The translations under genes were made by a program, and so were the position numbers. Source: Acidobacteriota bacterium (lineage in GTDB: Bacteria; Acidobacteriota; UBA6911; RPQK01; JAJDTT01). From it: 64,000 bases of DNA. Shown here piece by piece: positions 48,406-57,871 of this stretch (position 1 is the first letter of the stretch; each line of letters begins with the position of its first letter). The notes under the pieces were generated by a model. It was not told where the DNA came from and searched no databases. It saw only the letters and a program-made list of their open reading frames with translations. The DNA lies in the NCBI GenBank assembly GCA_965217775.1, contig CBDCJH010000002.1:5952001-6016000 (forward strand), in the 5' to 3' direction.

Positions 48406-51400
48406 TTATGCCACCCTCGAAGATGCTATTAATCGGGCGCGAGCATGAAACCAGGAGTCTATCGGTAATATTCTCTCTATCTCATCAAGATGATCGAGGA
48501 ACATCCGCAAGCATTTTTTGGGGTGAGGAGGTAAATGGGTCGCGATAATGGCCAATCTCTCCTCAAGCCATTTGAACCACACATCATGCGTTTCATGCGC
48601 GGCAGCGGCTTGAAACATAATCTGGAGAATAATTTGGATAGCTTTTTCTTCGGGAATTCTCGGGACGATCCTGATAACTGCATCCGAGATCCCATCTGCC
48701 AACATAGTATCGCGGTTCGCGGCTGCGACGATGCTGGCCAAACCTAAAAGCTTCCACTTCTCATGCGGCTCGGAATCGGAGTTATTTTCCGCTATTTTTT
48801 TTACAGCTTGCAGTGCGTATTCTATTTCCGGTTCGCCCAAAGCAAAAGACTGAGAAGCTATACTGAGCAGCTGCAAAAGGAATAGTTCACTTCTAGCCGT
48901 CGATTTTTCTCCAAGTTTAACGATGATCTCCTGTGGAACCGGTTTCTTTGGTCGCCTATGACCTTCAAGGGGGCCGGGGAAGAATCCAAAGGCAAACGTT
49001 TGTCCATGATCCTCGTCCCGAACAAGTGCATGAGCTATATCTTCCGACCTCGGTACTTGGTGCCCCACGCGTTCGTGACGGGATTTGAGGATATAGAGGC
49101 GGCCGAGTATTTCATTTCGCAAAGCCTGTGTTGATGATATGCGGTGTGCAAAGAGCATCGGCTCCTTCCTAGCACTTACTAGGTTCGAATAGAAACCGGC
49201 CACTGCCATGTTGTCGCCAGCCCATTCCTGAAGCGCGTCGGCATCGATTGAAGGATTTAAACTTGTTAGGGCTCGGGCAATCAGCCCAGCCTGCATCCAT
49301 GCGCACATCCGTTTCCAATAGCCGGGGTAATTCGATCCGTTTTCCAGAAGATTGATCCGGTTGAGCACAAAGTCCGCGAGGATCGGAAGAAGCCTATATA
49401 AGTTAGGACCATCCTGTTGTCCAAGTTGTTTGTCCAAAAGCGTGGCAACAGCCTCGGCAGAGAAGTCTCGAAACCGATGGTCTCCTTGTCGATACAGCGC
49501 GATGTCGAGGGCACCCAACAACGAGAACGGGTTGCTTTCGACGTCACATGAAGACACTACATCCCAAACGAGATCATCGTTAATGGTGGTACACCATAGT
49601 CCCGGTGTCAGGTCGTCCCGTAATGCGCCTAGGCAACAGATATCGAGCCCTACTCGCACATCTCGGTTCAAAAGTGCCTTCCGGTAGGGAACGAGAACTT
49701 CGTGAAAATATGATTCAGGTTCCCGCAAACCAGGTGCCGGGCCAGCATATTGCTCAAAATAAGAAAACGATTGTGGAATGATGTCTGCAACATTGAAGCC
49801 TCCCCCACGATTGATTTTTTGGATAAAGGTGGCTTGAAGGGCCGCGGCCCCATTAGCAGACTCATTGAATATAGTGGAAAGCTCTTGGTCGTTTGCCTCA
49901 CGGGCTTCCATGTTTGTGAGCAACCCTTGGAGGTCCGGGGCAGTTGGTCCGAATTGTTCAATCAGACTCCGAAGCGCGGCAATCCGCGCTTTTCGATTGG
50001 GTGAAAGTAGCGCCAATTGGGGAAACTTTGCCCGGTGGGGAACGGACTCGGCGTCGGACCACTTAACGACTATGTTCTGGTCTCTCATATCTAGGCCGAC
50101 TAATAATTCCCTCCCAGCAACGCCTTGAACAGATCTCTCTTTACTAGTAGCCAAGACTTCCCTCGCTGCCGCAAACAGCTCGCTGTTTACCAATTGGATA
50201 TTTGATCCTATTTTAAAGATCTGTCTTGTCTCAAAACCACTTCGCTTCGCGAACTCCGCATCTTGGGCAATAACTACTCTGCGAGCGGCCTCTGGCAACC
50301 GGTCCAGAAAAAGATTTCCGTATCTTTCTTGATCGTTTTCAAGGCCTGAAATCGACTCGCGGGCGGAGGTAAGCGCCTTCTCGATGATGCTCTTATTGGC
50401 GGGTCGCAAGGCCTCAAGGACGGATTGGTCGATCCAGTGAGTGTAATGTACTCGGCGATCTTGCGGGAGGATAGCCGTTGGCAAAAGTAGATTCCCTAAA
50501 CGCAGAGGTATCAGTTCTCGGAGCCAAGCCGTATAGTCACCATGTTCGAAATGTTCATGACCCAAAATCGCTTTCATCATCAGATGGCACCAAACCCAGT
50601 CGGATAGCGCCATTGTTCGTTCGATAGTAAGGGATGAATCTTGCCACAAGTGCTCGATGGCGGTGCCAATAGCGCAGTGGATGTTAGCGGACAATGCCAT
50701 CATTTCTTTTGTGGCAGCCAAGCTGAGGGTGTCAATGTGAGTCACGGCCTGACGGAGAATTCTCAGTTCCGCGCTCTCTTTCAATTTGCCGTCGTCCACC
50801 GTCGCCGACTCCAACCAATGCATCAACTCGTCGGATTCAATCGGGACGAAGACAAAACCGCTCTGTCGGAGCTTGTGCCGCGCGATCCAGTGGTCGGCAA
50901 TACTAATGCATCCGCGAGAAACGAGGTAACGCAATATATCCAATACGCATACAATGGGGATTGATTGTCCAGTACGGTTGGTAATGACCGGGTGACTGTT
51001 GATGTAGCGATCATCGATAGAGAGCGCATCACAGGCAGCTTTGCCTGCCAGCACAGATGCCGTTGCTTGGAATCGAATCTCATGCTTCTGAACCCGCTTG
51101 TCCCGCTCGACGGCGCGTGGTAGGAAAGACGCCGTTCCGGAGCTCAGCGCATTTCGCAAGATATCGCTAATCCGTTCTATCTTTTTCACGGATTCACGGC
51201 CCACATCACCTGCGTCGATGAGCGTGTGTATTTCGTCTAGAATGTCTGGATGGATCCGCATGTCCAGCCCACTGGCAGCTAGTGGCTCCAATAAGCTGGC
51301 GCTTTGCAGGTAGGATAGAGCAAGTCCCTCTACGTAAATGGGACCGTTGAGGACCGAAGCTGGGAGATTCGCGTGCTGTGATTGACCCTTGCCGCGCAAG

Positions 51401-54400
51401 AATGAGCTTGCCTGTTGATAAATGTTTGCGTCGATTTGTCCTTCGTCGAGGCACAGTTTGCAGAGATCCATTGTTGAGAGGATCAAGTCGTCATGCTCGC
51501 TCATGTCCGCATGTTGTTCCATCAGCGATCCGACCTTACGGATCGGTAGAACACAAATGACCTTGCCGTTGTCATGTCGGGCCATATGAAAGAGCCCGGC
51601 TAGTTCGAGTCCTACTTCGTCGATGCTAGTCCTGGGAGGCGCACCCAAGTTAATGGCGGCTCGAAGCTGTTCCCGGCTTTGGAGTTCCCGCACATTCGTG
51701 GCTGCGGCTGTACGAAAAGGCTGGTGAAAACGAACTTCATCCCTTTCGCGAAATAGAAACTCCATGATGTTTGGAGCCAGCTCGGTGTGGTGAAATGCCG
51801 CAACGGTGGTTTCCAGTAGATCGAGGCGGTCAAGAATCAATATTGAGGTCAAGTCCAAACCAATCGTCCAGTCGTCCTGCAATTCAATCGGATTCTGTCC
51901 ACCGGCAATGACCGGGAGTATCACTCGGCAGCGACCGTCTAGTTCGATGGCATGCTGATTGGAGAAATGGAGCAGAAGGCGCACAAGCGACTCTTGGCAC
52001 CAAGTTGTGGTAAAGTAAACCCTCGGATTACCTCTCAGTTTCAAGAGGAGCCCGCCAGCCCAATTTGCCCATTCCTCGCCGCGTTTGCGGGCGAGCAACG
52101 CACCCATCACAATGTTTGTTGCAGTCTGGACTTTGAGATCATTGAGTCGTTTGTTAGCCCAGATCGCATTGATGAAATCTGCTGCGAGTCTGATATGTGA
52201 GACAGGCTCTGCGGTCTTGGTGCCGATATAGGCGCAAAGAGCCTGTAGGTGCACAAGCTCGTTGCTCGTATCCCGCTCGAATGCTGAGAGAAGCACCGGT
52301 GTACTAATCGAGACATAATCATCACGATAAGCGGCAAAATGCACAAGCGCTTCGCTATAGTCGCTCAGAGTCATGGTCTCTGCTTGCTGCGCGCTCAACA
52401 GCACCGCCTGGAGCCAAACTCCCTTGGTACCGAATGCCAAGCCAGCCCACTGGCGCATCGTCAGGTCTTCGCAGAGCAGCAATCGGTCTTGGCCTGCGAT
52501 TACTGCCGGGGCGATTGCATCACCGGACGGAAAGCCAAGTAGCGTCTCGCCTACTTCAGATAAATCGTCAGGAATTACGACGGGCTCGACTGTACAGGCT
52601 TCCTGGATGGCCGCGAGTCGTGACTCGATCAAGTCCAGGTGGCCAGCGCGTTCCTCCGGAGTCATGATCTGGCGGATATATTGGCCGTCCTGATAGGTGA
52701 GGCTCATCGTTTCCTCATTAGCTTCGCCAACAGGATCATCGAGCATTTGTTTGAGGCGGCCAAATTCGTTGGCCGGAATGACGAGAAGACCCAGTTGCTC
52801 CTTGAGAACAGGAAAAACTCCGAGTTCTGCGGCACGCCAAGCAGTAAACCCGTCTAGAACTGCTCCGGAACAACCATTGTCTTCGATTAGAGCAAGGGCG
52901 TCGGCGCGCTCATCCTCCGTTCCATAACAGACGCGCATGCCTTCTCCAATCGAGATGAGATACTGGACGAAAGCGATGCTGCCGCCCCGCCTATCTCCAA
53001 CAATGAAGGCGATAGGAATTTTGTCGATGAGATAAAGATTGGCTTGGGAGCGAGCCGCCTCGCTAAGGCGGCGCACCTGCTCCAGGACCGGCTCTATTTC
53101 GCCCTCGGCAATAGGCACGCTAGCAAAACCTCTGGCGTCCGGAAATCGCCGACCGAAATTCCTGCTAAGGTGATGGAAAGCTTGCAACCAACGGGGCTTT
53201 ACGACCGATACGGTCCAGGTTTCGGTCACGTCTAGGGCATCAACGTGTTCGAACGTATCGCCGATTGTTAGCCCAACGGCCTTAGCAACGAAAGTGTTGG
53301 AAGGATCTACCCTTTCACCCCAAGGCCGGTCGGCCGCATCGCCCACAAGCACCTCAAAATCCTCGCCTCGGCTTGATGTCAGACGAACCCAGACACCGGG
53401 TGTAACAATGCCATCGAAATTGTCCGGTCGATTCGGTGTAGGTTTGATGACGAGCCCCAAGAACTTTCTCACCACCTCAGCGCGGTCTAACCCGTCAATT
53501 AGGGCTTGGTACCCGAGTTCGAGCGCGCGTGCGCTCTCACCACAATCGAGAAGGACATGACAAAATTCGATGCGCGCAAGGGGCGAGCCCCGTAACGTGT
53601 CGACGCCGTCACGTTGCAGGAGCGATACAATGGAATCTCTATCTCCGACTCCGGAATAAGCGGCAATGAGGCCCATCAAATTTTCGATACAGGGCTGTTT
53701 CTCAAAGGCAGTGGCAAAGGGATCGACCGCCTCCTCTGGGACTCCGCGTTTGAGATGGAGAACGCCTTCAAAGCTTTGAAAAACAGGCAGACTTCGGATC
53801 TCAGGGGATAGGCTTTCGAAGAAACGCACCGCGCGGTCTCGTATCGGAAAGTCGTGAGCAAGCGCTTGGGCTAGCAAACGCAATGCAGCACTATCGTTGT
53901 CAAGTGGCATATGGCCAGTCAATATATCTGCTGCGATGCTGGGTTTACCGCTCTCCATGGCTTCTTGTGCGATCGAGAAGCGAGAAACAAACTCATCGTC
54001 TCCGCGTTCGAAGGCTGATTGTGCAGTTGTGAAATATGTCCTTGCGAGATCCGTAAATCCATGCTTGCGGGCACCTTGGGCGAGTAATATCAAGGCGCGT
54101 GTATCTTTTTTAAATGTGTCTTGCTCTGCTTCGAAGATTGAACAGCGCTGTTCCACAGGAGATTGTTCTACGTTTGCAAGCACCCGCGCCGCGCGGGCGA
54201 GACCCCGCACCTCTTCGGGAAAGGTCTCTTCATAGTTGTCGATGAGGTCGGAGACAGTGCCCCAGTCTTTAGTGGCCATGGCCACGTTGTAACGAATCAT
54301 CACGGTGTTGGGGCTGGGCTCAAGTTCAGATACCAGAGATAGTGCCCGGTCGATATCGCCCTGTTCGAGTAGTGCGGTTGCGAGGCATTCCTTTACTGTG

Positions 54401-55821
54401 ACGTTGCCGGGAAAGCGGTCGAGCGCTTCGTTCCCAATCGCAATGGCTTTCTCACGTTCCTGCAGCAGCCGGTAGGCGACCATAAGGTTTAGCGGAACAG
54501 ACAGCAGCTTGTCGCCGGCATGATGAGCGTGATCGCGGATCCGCGGCCAGCAGGTCTCATATATGCTGGTTGCTGTTTCGACATCGGTGCGCATATCTTT
54601 GCTGAGAGCCCGGTCGTCGAGAACACCGGCTCTGTCGAGGACCCGTTCGAGGAGTGCGCAGGCATAAACTTCATTAATCGCATCGTTATCTGGGTGCGCG
54701 TCATAAGCGGCGATGGCGGCATCCCACCAAGAGCCGTGGCCGGCCCGAGCCATGAGCCATCGCACGTGAGCTTCTGCGACCTCGGGCTCACCACGTACCG
54801 TTTCTGGCACATGAGCAAGCGGATCGGTTACGGTCTCGTCGGCCACCATGCCTTGGATGTAATATGCGGCAAGCTTGGCGTTGTCGGGGAATTCTGATAG
54901 TTGAGTTTCGGCGAATGTCTTAAGGGCGGTCCAGTCGGCCTGAAGAAACAGACCTAGCGCTTTGTGAGCGATCGCTTTAGAGTTGCTAGGGTCATAGTCG
55001 TAGGCGGCAATGAGGCCTTGCGCGGCGGTTTCTTCTTCTCCGAGGTTAAATTGGCAGGCGGCAATATTAGCCGCAACTCTGAATCGGATATGGTCGGTGG
55101 CGTCGTCATCAAGGTCCGCTTGGAGTTTTTGAAATAACTCTAGGGCTATTGCGGGGTTAGCAGAAATGAGAACAGCATAATCATTGACTTGGCGTTCGAG
55201 CGTGGTATGGGCTTTTGTGTCACTGATGGCTGGGCTGATTGCCGGCTTGATCTTCTCGGCTTGCAGCATCGATTTGAGTTGTGGACCAACTGAATTGGCA
55301 ACCTCACGAGCCAAGTCCTCCATCTTGTTCTCAAACCAGTTTGCGTATGGTGTGTGGGATGGGTCGAACGCTTCAAGCGCCCGGGGATGGCGGCGGATCT
55401 CAAATTCTAGGCTACCCCAACCGAGAACCCGGACTTTGAGATCCTTCTCTCGGTCCTTGCTGGCAGAGATGGACAGTTCAAGGGCCAATGTGTCGAGGTT
55501 GGCGTCATCGGGTGCGGTAGTAACGATGATGTATTCCGAGAGAAGCGGCCTGAATGCCAGTGCCTTTTCGACTTCACTTCTGACTTCAACTTCGGTAAGG
55601 TTTTTGCCGTAGCCCTTCAGCTTGCATTGCACACCAACGATCCGATTTGGGGTATTCTCACGGATACCGATGAGATCGACACCATATTGATTCTGGCCTC
55701 GACGGCCGTATAATTTGACCGTGTCGTCCTTGAGAATATAGCTCCATAGAATCCTGTTGCAGCGCTCGAATGTTTGTTCGTCACTGGGTTTGGGAATCTG
55801 CGTGGCCGTGAATTCAGACAT
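48406..55821 (-). CDS. 2471-aa putative defence protein: Mrr-like PD-(D/E)xK nuclease, TPRs, GreA/B C-terminal-like domain, PIN-like domains
   Basis: Uninterrupted 7.4-kb ORF in lower-GC DNA; FE...GRRGQ.Q.GVD...GVQCK...TT...GW nuclease motifs; helical repeats; VLDG...CED and GLDLTS...IDD PIN-like motifs. Confidence 0.75.
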   Translation of the reverse strand: MSEFTATQIPKPSDEQTFERCNRILWSYILKDDTVKLYGRRGQNQYGVDLIGIRENTPNRIVGVQCKLKGYGKNLTEVEVRSEVEKALAFRPLLSEYIIVTTAPDDANLDTLALELSISASKDREKDLKVRVLGWGSLEFEIRRHPRALEAFDPSHTPYANWFENKMEDLAREVANSVGPQLKSMLQAEKIKPAISPAISDTKAHTTLERQVNDYAVLISANPAIALELFQKLQADLDDDATDHIRFRVAANIAACQFNLGEEETAAQGLIAAYDYDPSNSKAIAHKALGLFLQADWTALKTFAETQLSEFPDNAKLAAYYIQGMVADETVTDPLAHVPETVRGEPEVAEAHVRWLMARAGHGSWWDAAIAAYDAHPDNDAINEVYACALLERVLDRAGVLDDRALSKDMRTDVETATSIYETCWPRIRDHAHHAGDKLLSVPLNLMVAYRLLQEREKAIAIGNEALDRFPGNVTVKECLATALLEQGDIDRALSLVSELEPSPNTVMIRYNVAMATKDWGTVSDLIDNYEETFPEEVRGLARAARVLANVEQSPVEQRCSIFEAEQDTFKKDTRALILLAQGARKHGFTDLARTYFTTAQSAFERGDDEFVSRFSIAQEAMESGKPSIAADILTGHMPLDNDSAALRLLAQALAHDFPIRDRAVRFFESLSPEIRSLPVFQSFEGVLHLKRGVPEEAVDPFATAFEKQPCIENLMGLIAAYSGVGDRDSIVSLLQRDGVDTLRGSPLARIEFCHVLLDCGESARALELGYQALIDGLDRAEVVRKFLGLVIKPTPNRPDNFDGIVTPGVWVRLTSSRGEDFEVLVGDAADRPWGERVDPSNTFVAKAVGLTIGDTFEHVDALDVTETWTVSVVKPRWLQAFHHLSRNFGRRFPDARGFASVPIAEGEIEPVLEQVRRLSEAARSQANLYLIDKIPIAFIVGDRRGGSIAFVQYLISIGEGMRVCYGTEDERADALALIEDNGCSGAVLDGFTAWRAAELGVFPVLKEQLGLLVIPANEFGRLKQMLDDPVGEANEETMSLTYQDGQYIRQIMTPEERAGHLDLIESRLAAIQEACTVEPVVIPDDLSEVGETLLGFPSGDAIAPAVIAGQDRLLLCEDLTMRQWAGLAFGTKGVWLQAVLLSAQQAETMTLSDYSEALVHFAAYRDDYVSISTPVLLSAFERDTSNELVHLQALCAYIGTKTAEPVSHIRLAADFINAIWANKRLNDLKVQTATNIVMGALLARKRGEEWANWAGGLLLKLRGNPRVYFTTTWCQESLVRLLLHFSNQHAIELDGRCRVILPVIAGGQNPIELQDDWTIGLDLTSILILDRLDLLETTVAAFHHTELAPNIMEFLFRERDEVRFHQPFRTAAATNVRELQSREQLRAAINLGAPPRTSIDEVGLELAGLFHMARHDNGKVICVLPIRKVGSLMEQHADMSEHDDLILSTMDLCKLCLDEGQIDANIYQQASSFLRGKGQSQHANLPASVLNGPIYVEGLALSYLQSASLLEPLAASGLDMRIHPDILDEIHTLIDAGDVGRESVKKIERISDILRNALSSGTASFLPRAVERDKRVQKHEIRFQATASVLAGKAACDALSIDDRYINSHPVITNRTGQSIPIVCVLDILRYLVSRGCISIADHWIARHKLRQSGFVFVPIESDELMHWLESATVDDGKLKESAELRILRQAVTHIDTLSLAATKEMMALSANIHCAIGTAIEHLWQDSSLTIERTMALSDWVWCHLMMKAILGHEHFEHGDYTAWLRELIPLRLGNLLLPTAILPQDRRVHYTHWIDQSVLEALRPANKSIIEKALTSARESISGLENDQERYGNLFLDRLPEAARRVVIAQDAEFAKRSGFETRQIFKIGSNIQLVNSELFAAAREVLATSKERSVQGVAGRELLVGLDMRDQNIVVKWSDAESVPHRAKFPQLALLSPNRKARIAALRSLIEQFGPTAPDLQGLLTNMEAREANDQELSTIFNESANGAAALQATFIQKINRGGGFNVADIIPQSFSYFEQYAGPAPGLREPESYFHEVLVPYRKALLNRDVRVGLDICCLGALRDDLTPGLWCTTINDDLVWDVVSSCDVESNPFSLLGALDIALYRQGDHRFRDFSAEAVATLLDKQLGQQDGPNLYRLLPILADFVLNRINLLENGSNYPGYWKRMCAWMQAGLIARALTSLNPSIDADALQEWAGDNMAVAGFYSNLVSARKEPMLFAHRISSTQALRNEILGRLYILKSRHERVGHQVPRSEDIAHALVRDEDHGQTFAFGFFPGPLEGHRRPKKPVPQEIIVKLGEKSTARSELFLLQLLSIASQSFALGEPEIEYALQAVKKIAENNSDSEPHEKWKLLGLASIVAAANRDTMLADGISDAVIRIVPRIPEEKAIQIILQIMFQAAAAHETHDVWFKWLEERLAIIATHLPPHPKKCLRMFLDHLDEIERILPIDSWFHARARLIASSRVA

Positions 55822-55946
55822 GGATTAGAACGAGCGCAAGCCTGACGAGGCAGTGTTTCAATTTCCTTTATAACGTAACGAAAATCAAGGAATACGCGCT
55901 GACTATCACATTGCCAACGACACTTCGTGTTGCTGCTGGTAGGGGG

Positions 55947-56762
55947 TCAAGATGCCACCCAGTGGCGAAAAAGGGGCTTCACGCTTGCCGGCAGGCTGTC
56001 GTAGACGTGCCGCGGCACGGGAACGACGACGTTGTCCATGATCCCGGTTTCGTCCACCATCCGGGTTCGCTCCACGGAGCCCGGCATCAGGATGTCCAGG
56101 TTCAACCACCAGGGCGCGTAACGCACGGCCATTCCCACCCGGGCCTGATCGCTCACGTTGTGGGAGATGGCGTGCCAGAGTCGGCTGTCGAAGAGCAGAA
56201 CACTGCCGGCATCGCCGGTGGCCCGGATCTCGCTGGGGAATGTATCCATGGGGTCGACCCCGATGTCCCCGGTGGGATTGTTAGGTTGCCGGTGACTTCC
56301 GGGCACGATGATGGTGGCGCCCGTCTCCTCGGTGAAGGGGGAGAGCATCCAGAGCGTGGTCAGGTGCTGGACCGCATCGGGATAGGGGGCGGGAATGTGT
56401 CCGGCGTTGTGTTGATTGAAGGGCCAGTCCGCGTGCAGCTTCCCCCGCTGGTTTCCCGGATAGCTGATGTGGGCCGTGGTGTAGGAGATCCGGTAGTGGG
56501 GTCCGAACAGGGTCCCGGCCACCCCCAGAATACGAGGGTCCGCCAAGTAGGGCGCGAAGGACTGGTCGAAGGCCAGGAGTCCCTTTCGGCTGCCCAGCCC
56601 CTGGATGGTCTCTCCGGTCCCGTGCCGGGCCACCGTCTCTTCCACGTGCTTGCAGATCGGGCCGACCCGATCCGCGGGGATGACCCCCTCCAGCACGTAC
56701 CACCCCTGCAGTTCCAGGTGCATGAGCGCCTTCCGGACGATGCTTTCCGTGTCTTGTTTCAT
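55947..56762 (-). CDS. Phytanoyl-CoA dioxygenase (PhyH) family protein
   Basis: GWYVLEGVI, HAD, GAT.IVPGSH, GSVLLFDSRLWH. Confidence 0.9.
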   Translation of the reverse strand: MKQDTESIVRKALMHLELQGWYVLEGVIPADRVGPICKHVEETVARHGTGETIQGLGSRKGLLAFDQSFAPYLADPRILGVAGTLFGPHYRISYTTAHISYPGNQRGKLHADWPFNQHNAGHIPAPYPDAVQHLTTLWMLSPFTEETGATIIVPGSHRQPNNPTGDIGVDPMDTFPSEIRATGDAGSVLLFDSRLWHAISHNVSDQARVGMAVRYAPWWLNLDILMPGSVERTRMVDETGIMDNVVVPVPRHVYDSLPASVKPLFRHWVAS

Positions 56763-57823
56763 GGCGATTGATCCTCATTGTCGTCCAGGCTCAAGCCCAG
56801 ATCATCGGCCACTGCGACCACTTCGCGCCAAGTACGCTCAGGAAGGGAGATGCCCTCCCGGCTCCGCCTGCGCCGCTCCCTGGCCTCCCGCTCGCCCGGG
56901 ATCAGGATCTCGTCGAATCCGGGCGCCCTGGGGGGCGCCTTGATCCGTTCCAGGAAACCCTGCATTTGGGCGTGAAATTTCTCCGGATGGGCGAAGCTGG
57001 CCACATTGATAACGTTGAGAAAGACGGCGTTTCCGCCCCGGATCCGGTCCCAATCGGTGCAGCCGGCGCCGCTCAGAGCTCCGGCCAGAGCCTCCACCGC
57101 GAGACCGAGCCCGAATCCCTTGTAGCCGACCGGCCCGCCCAGGGGAAGCAGGGAACCGGGAGGGTCTTCCAGAATCACGCCCGGATCGTTGGTGGGGCGC
57201 CCGCGGCTGTCGATCAACCACCCGTCGGGAACCGGCTCCCCCAGATTATGCGCCAGAGCCACCTTTCCGCCGGCGGCGACGGTGGTGGTCATGTCCAGGA
57301 TCAGCGGAGTCCCGCCCGTGGGCACGCCGACTCCCATGGGATTGGTCGAGAGGCGGGGATCGATCCCGCCGAAGGGAGCCGCCAGCCCGCGCTGACCGTG
57401 GGCGTTGACCATCATGATGGCCGCCATGCCCTCGCCGGTGACCATCCGCAGGTAGTCGCTGAGGCGTCCCAGATGGTTCGAATGGCGCACACTGACCACG
57501 CAGGTCCCGGCTTTCCGCGCCTTTCGGATACCCCGGAGCGTCGCCTCTCGGACCACCACGTGTCCGAAGCCCCAGTTCCCGTCCAGGACCAGTGTTGAGT
57601 CACTCTCCCGAATCACCTCCACCTTCGCCCCGGGGACGATCTCTCCGTTGGAAATCTTCTCCACGTAGCCCAACAGCGACAGAGTGCCATGAGAATCGTG
57701 GCCCGAAAGATGGGCGTCGATCCCCAGCGAGGCGACGGTCGAGGCCTCCGCCGGTGTCGCCCCGGCGGCCACCAGAATACGTTGCAGGATTCGGCTCAGA
57801 GCTTCCGGCCGAAATCTAGGCAT
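56759..57823 (-). CDS. Ldh_2 (malate/L-lactate/sulfolactate-type) oxidoreductase
   Basis: GHDSHG, DGNWGFG, NHLGRL, STNP, LDMTT, GYKGFGL, IPGE. Confidence 0.92.
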   Translation of the reverse strand: MPRFRPEALSRILQRILVAAGATPAEASTVASLGIDAHLSGHDSHGTLSLLGYVEKISNGEIVPGAKVEVIRESDSTLVLDGNWGFGHVVVREATLRGIRKARKAGTCVVSVRHSNHLGRLSDYLRMVTGEGMAAIMMVNAHGQRGLAAPFGGIDPRLSTNPMGVGVPTGGTPLILDMTTTVAAGGKVALAHNLGEPVPDGWLIDSRGRPTNDPGVILEDPPGSLLPLGGPVGYKGFGLGLAVEALAGALSGAGCTDWDRIRGGNAVFLNVINVASFAHPEKFHAQMQGFLERIKAPPRAPGFDEILIPGEREARERRRRSREGISLPERTWREVVAVADDLGLSLDDNEDQSP

Positions 57824-57871
57824 CGATTGCCCTCCGACACATTCGATGGAGTCCCCGCGATGGACGCATCC

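Noticed and set aside
48406-55821. Classification of the giant protein as Avs/STAND NTPase
   Set aside because: No Walker A/B motif found after the nuclease domain
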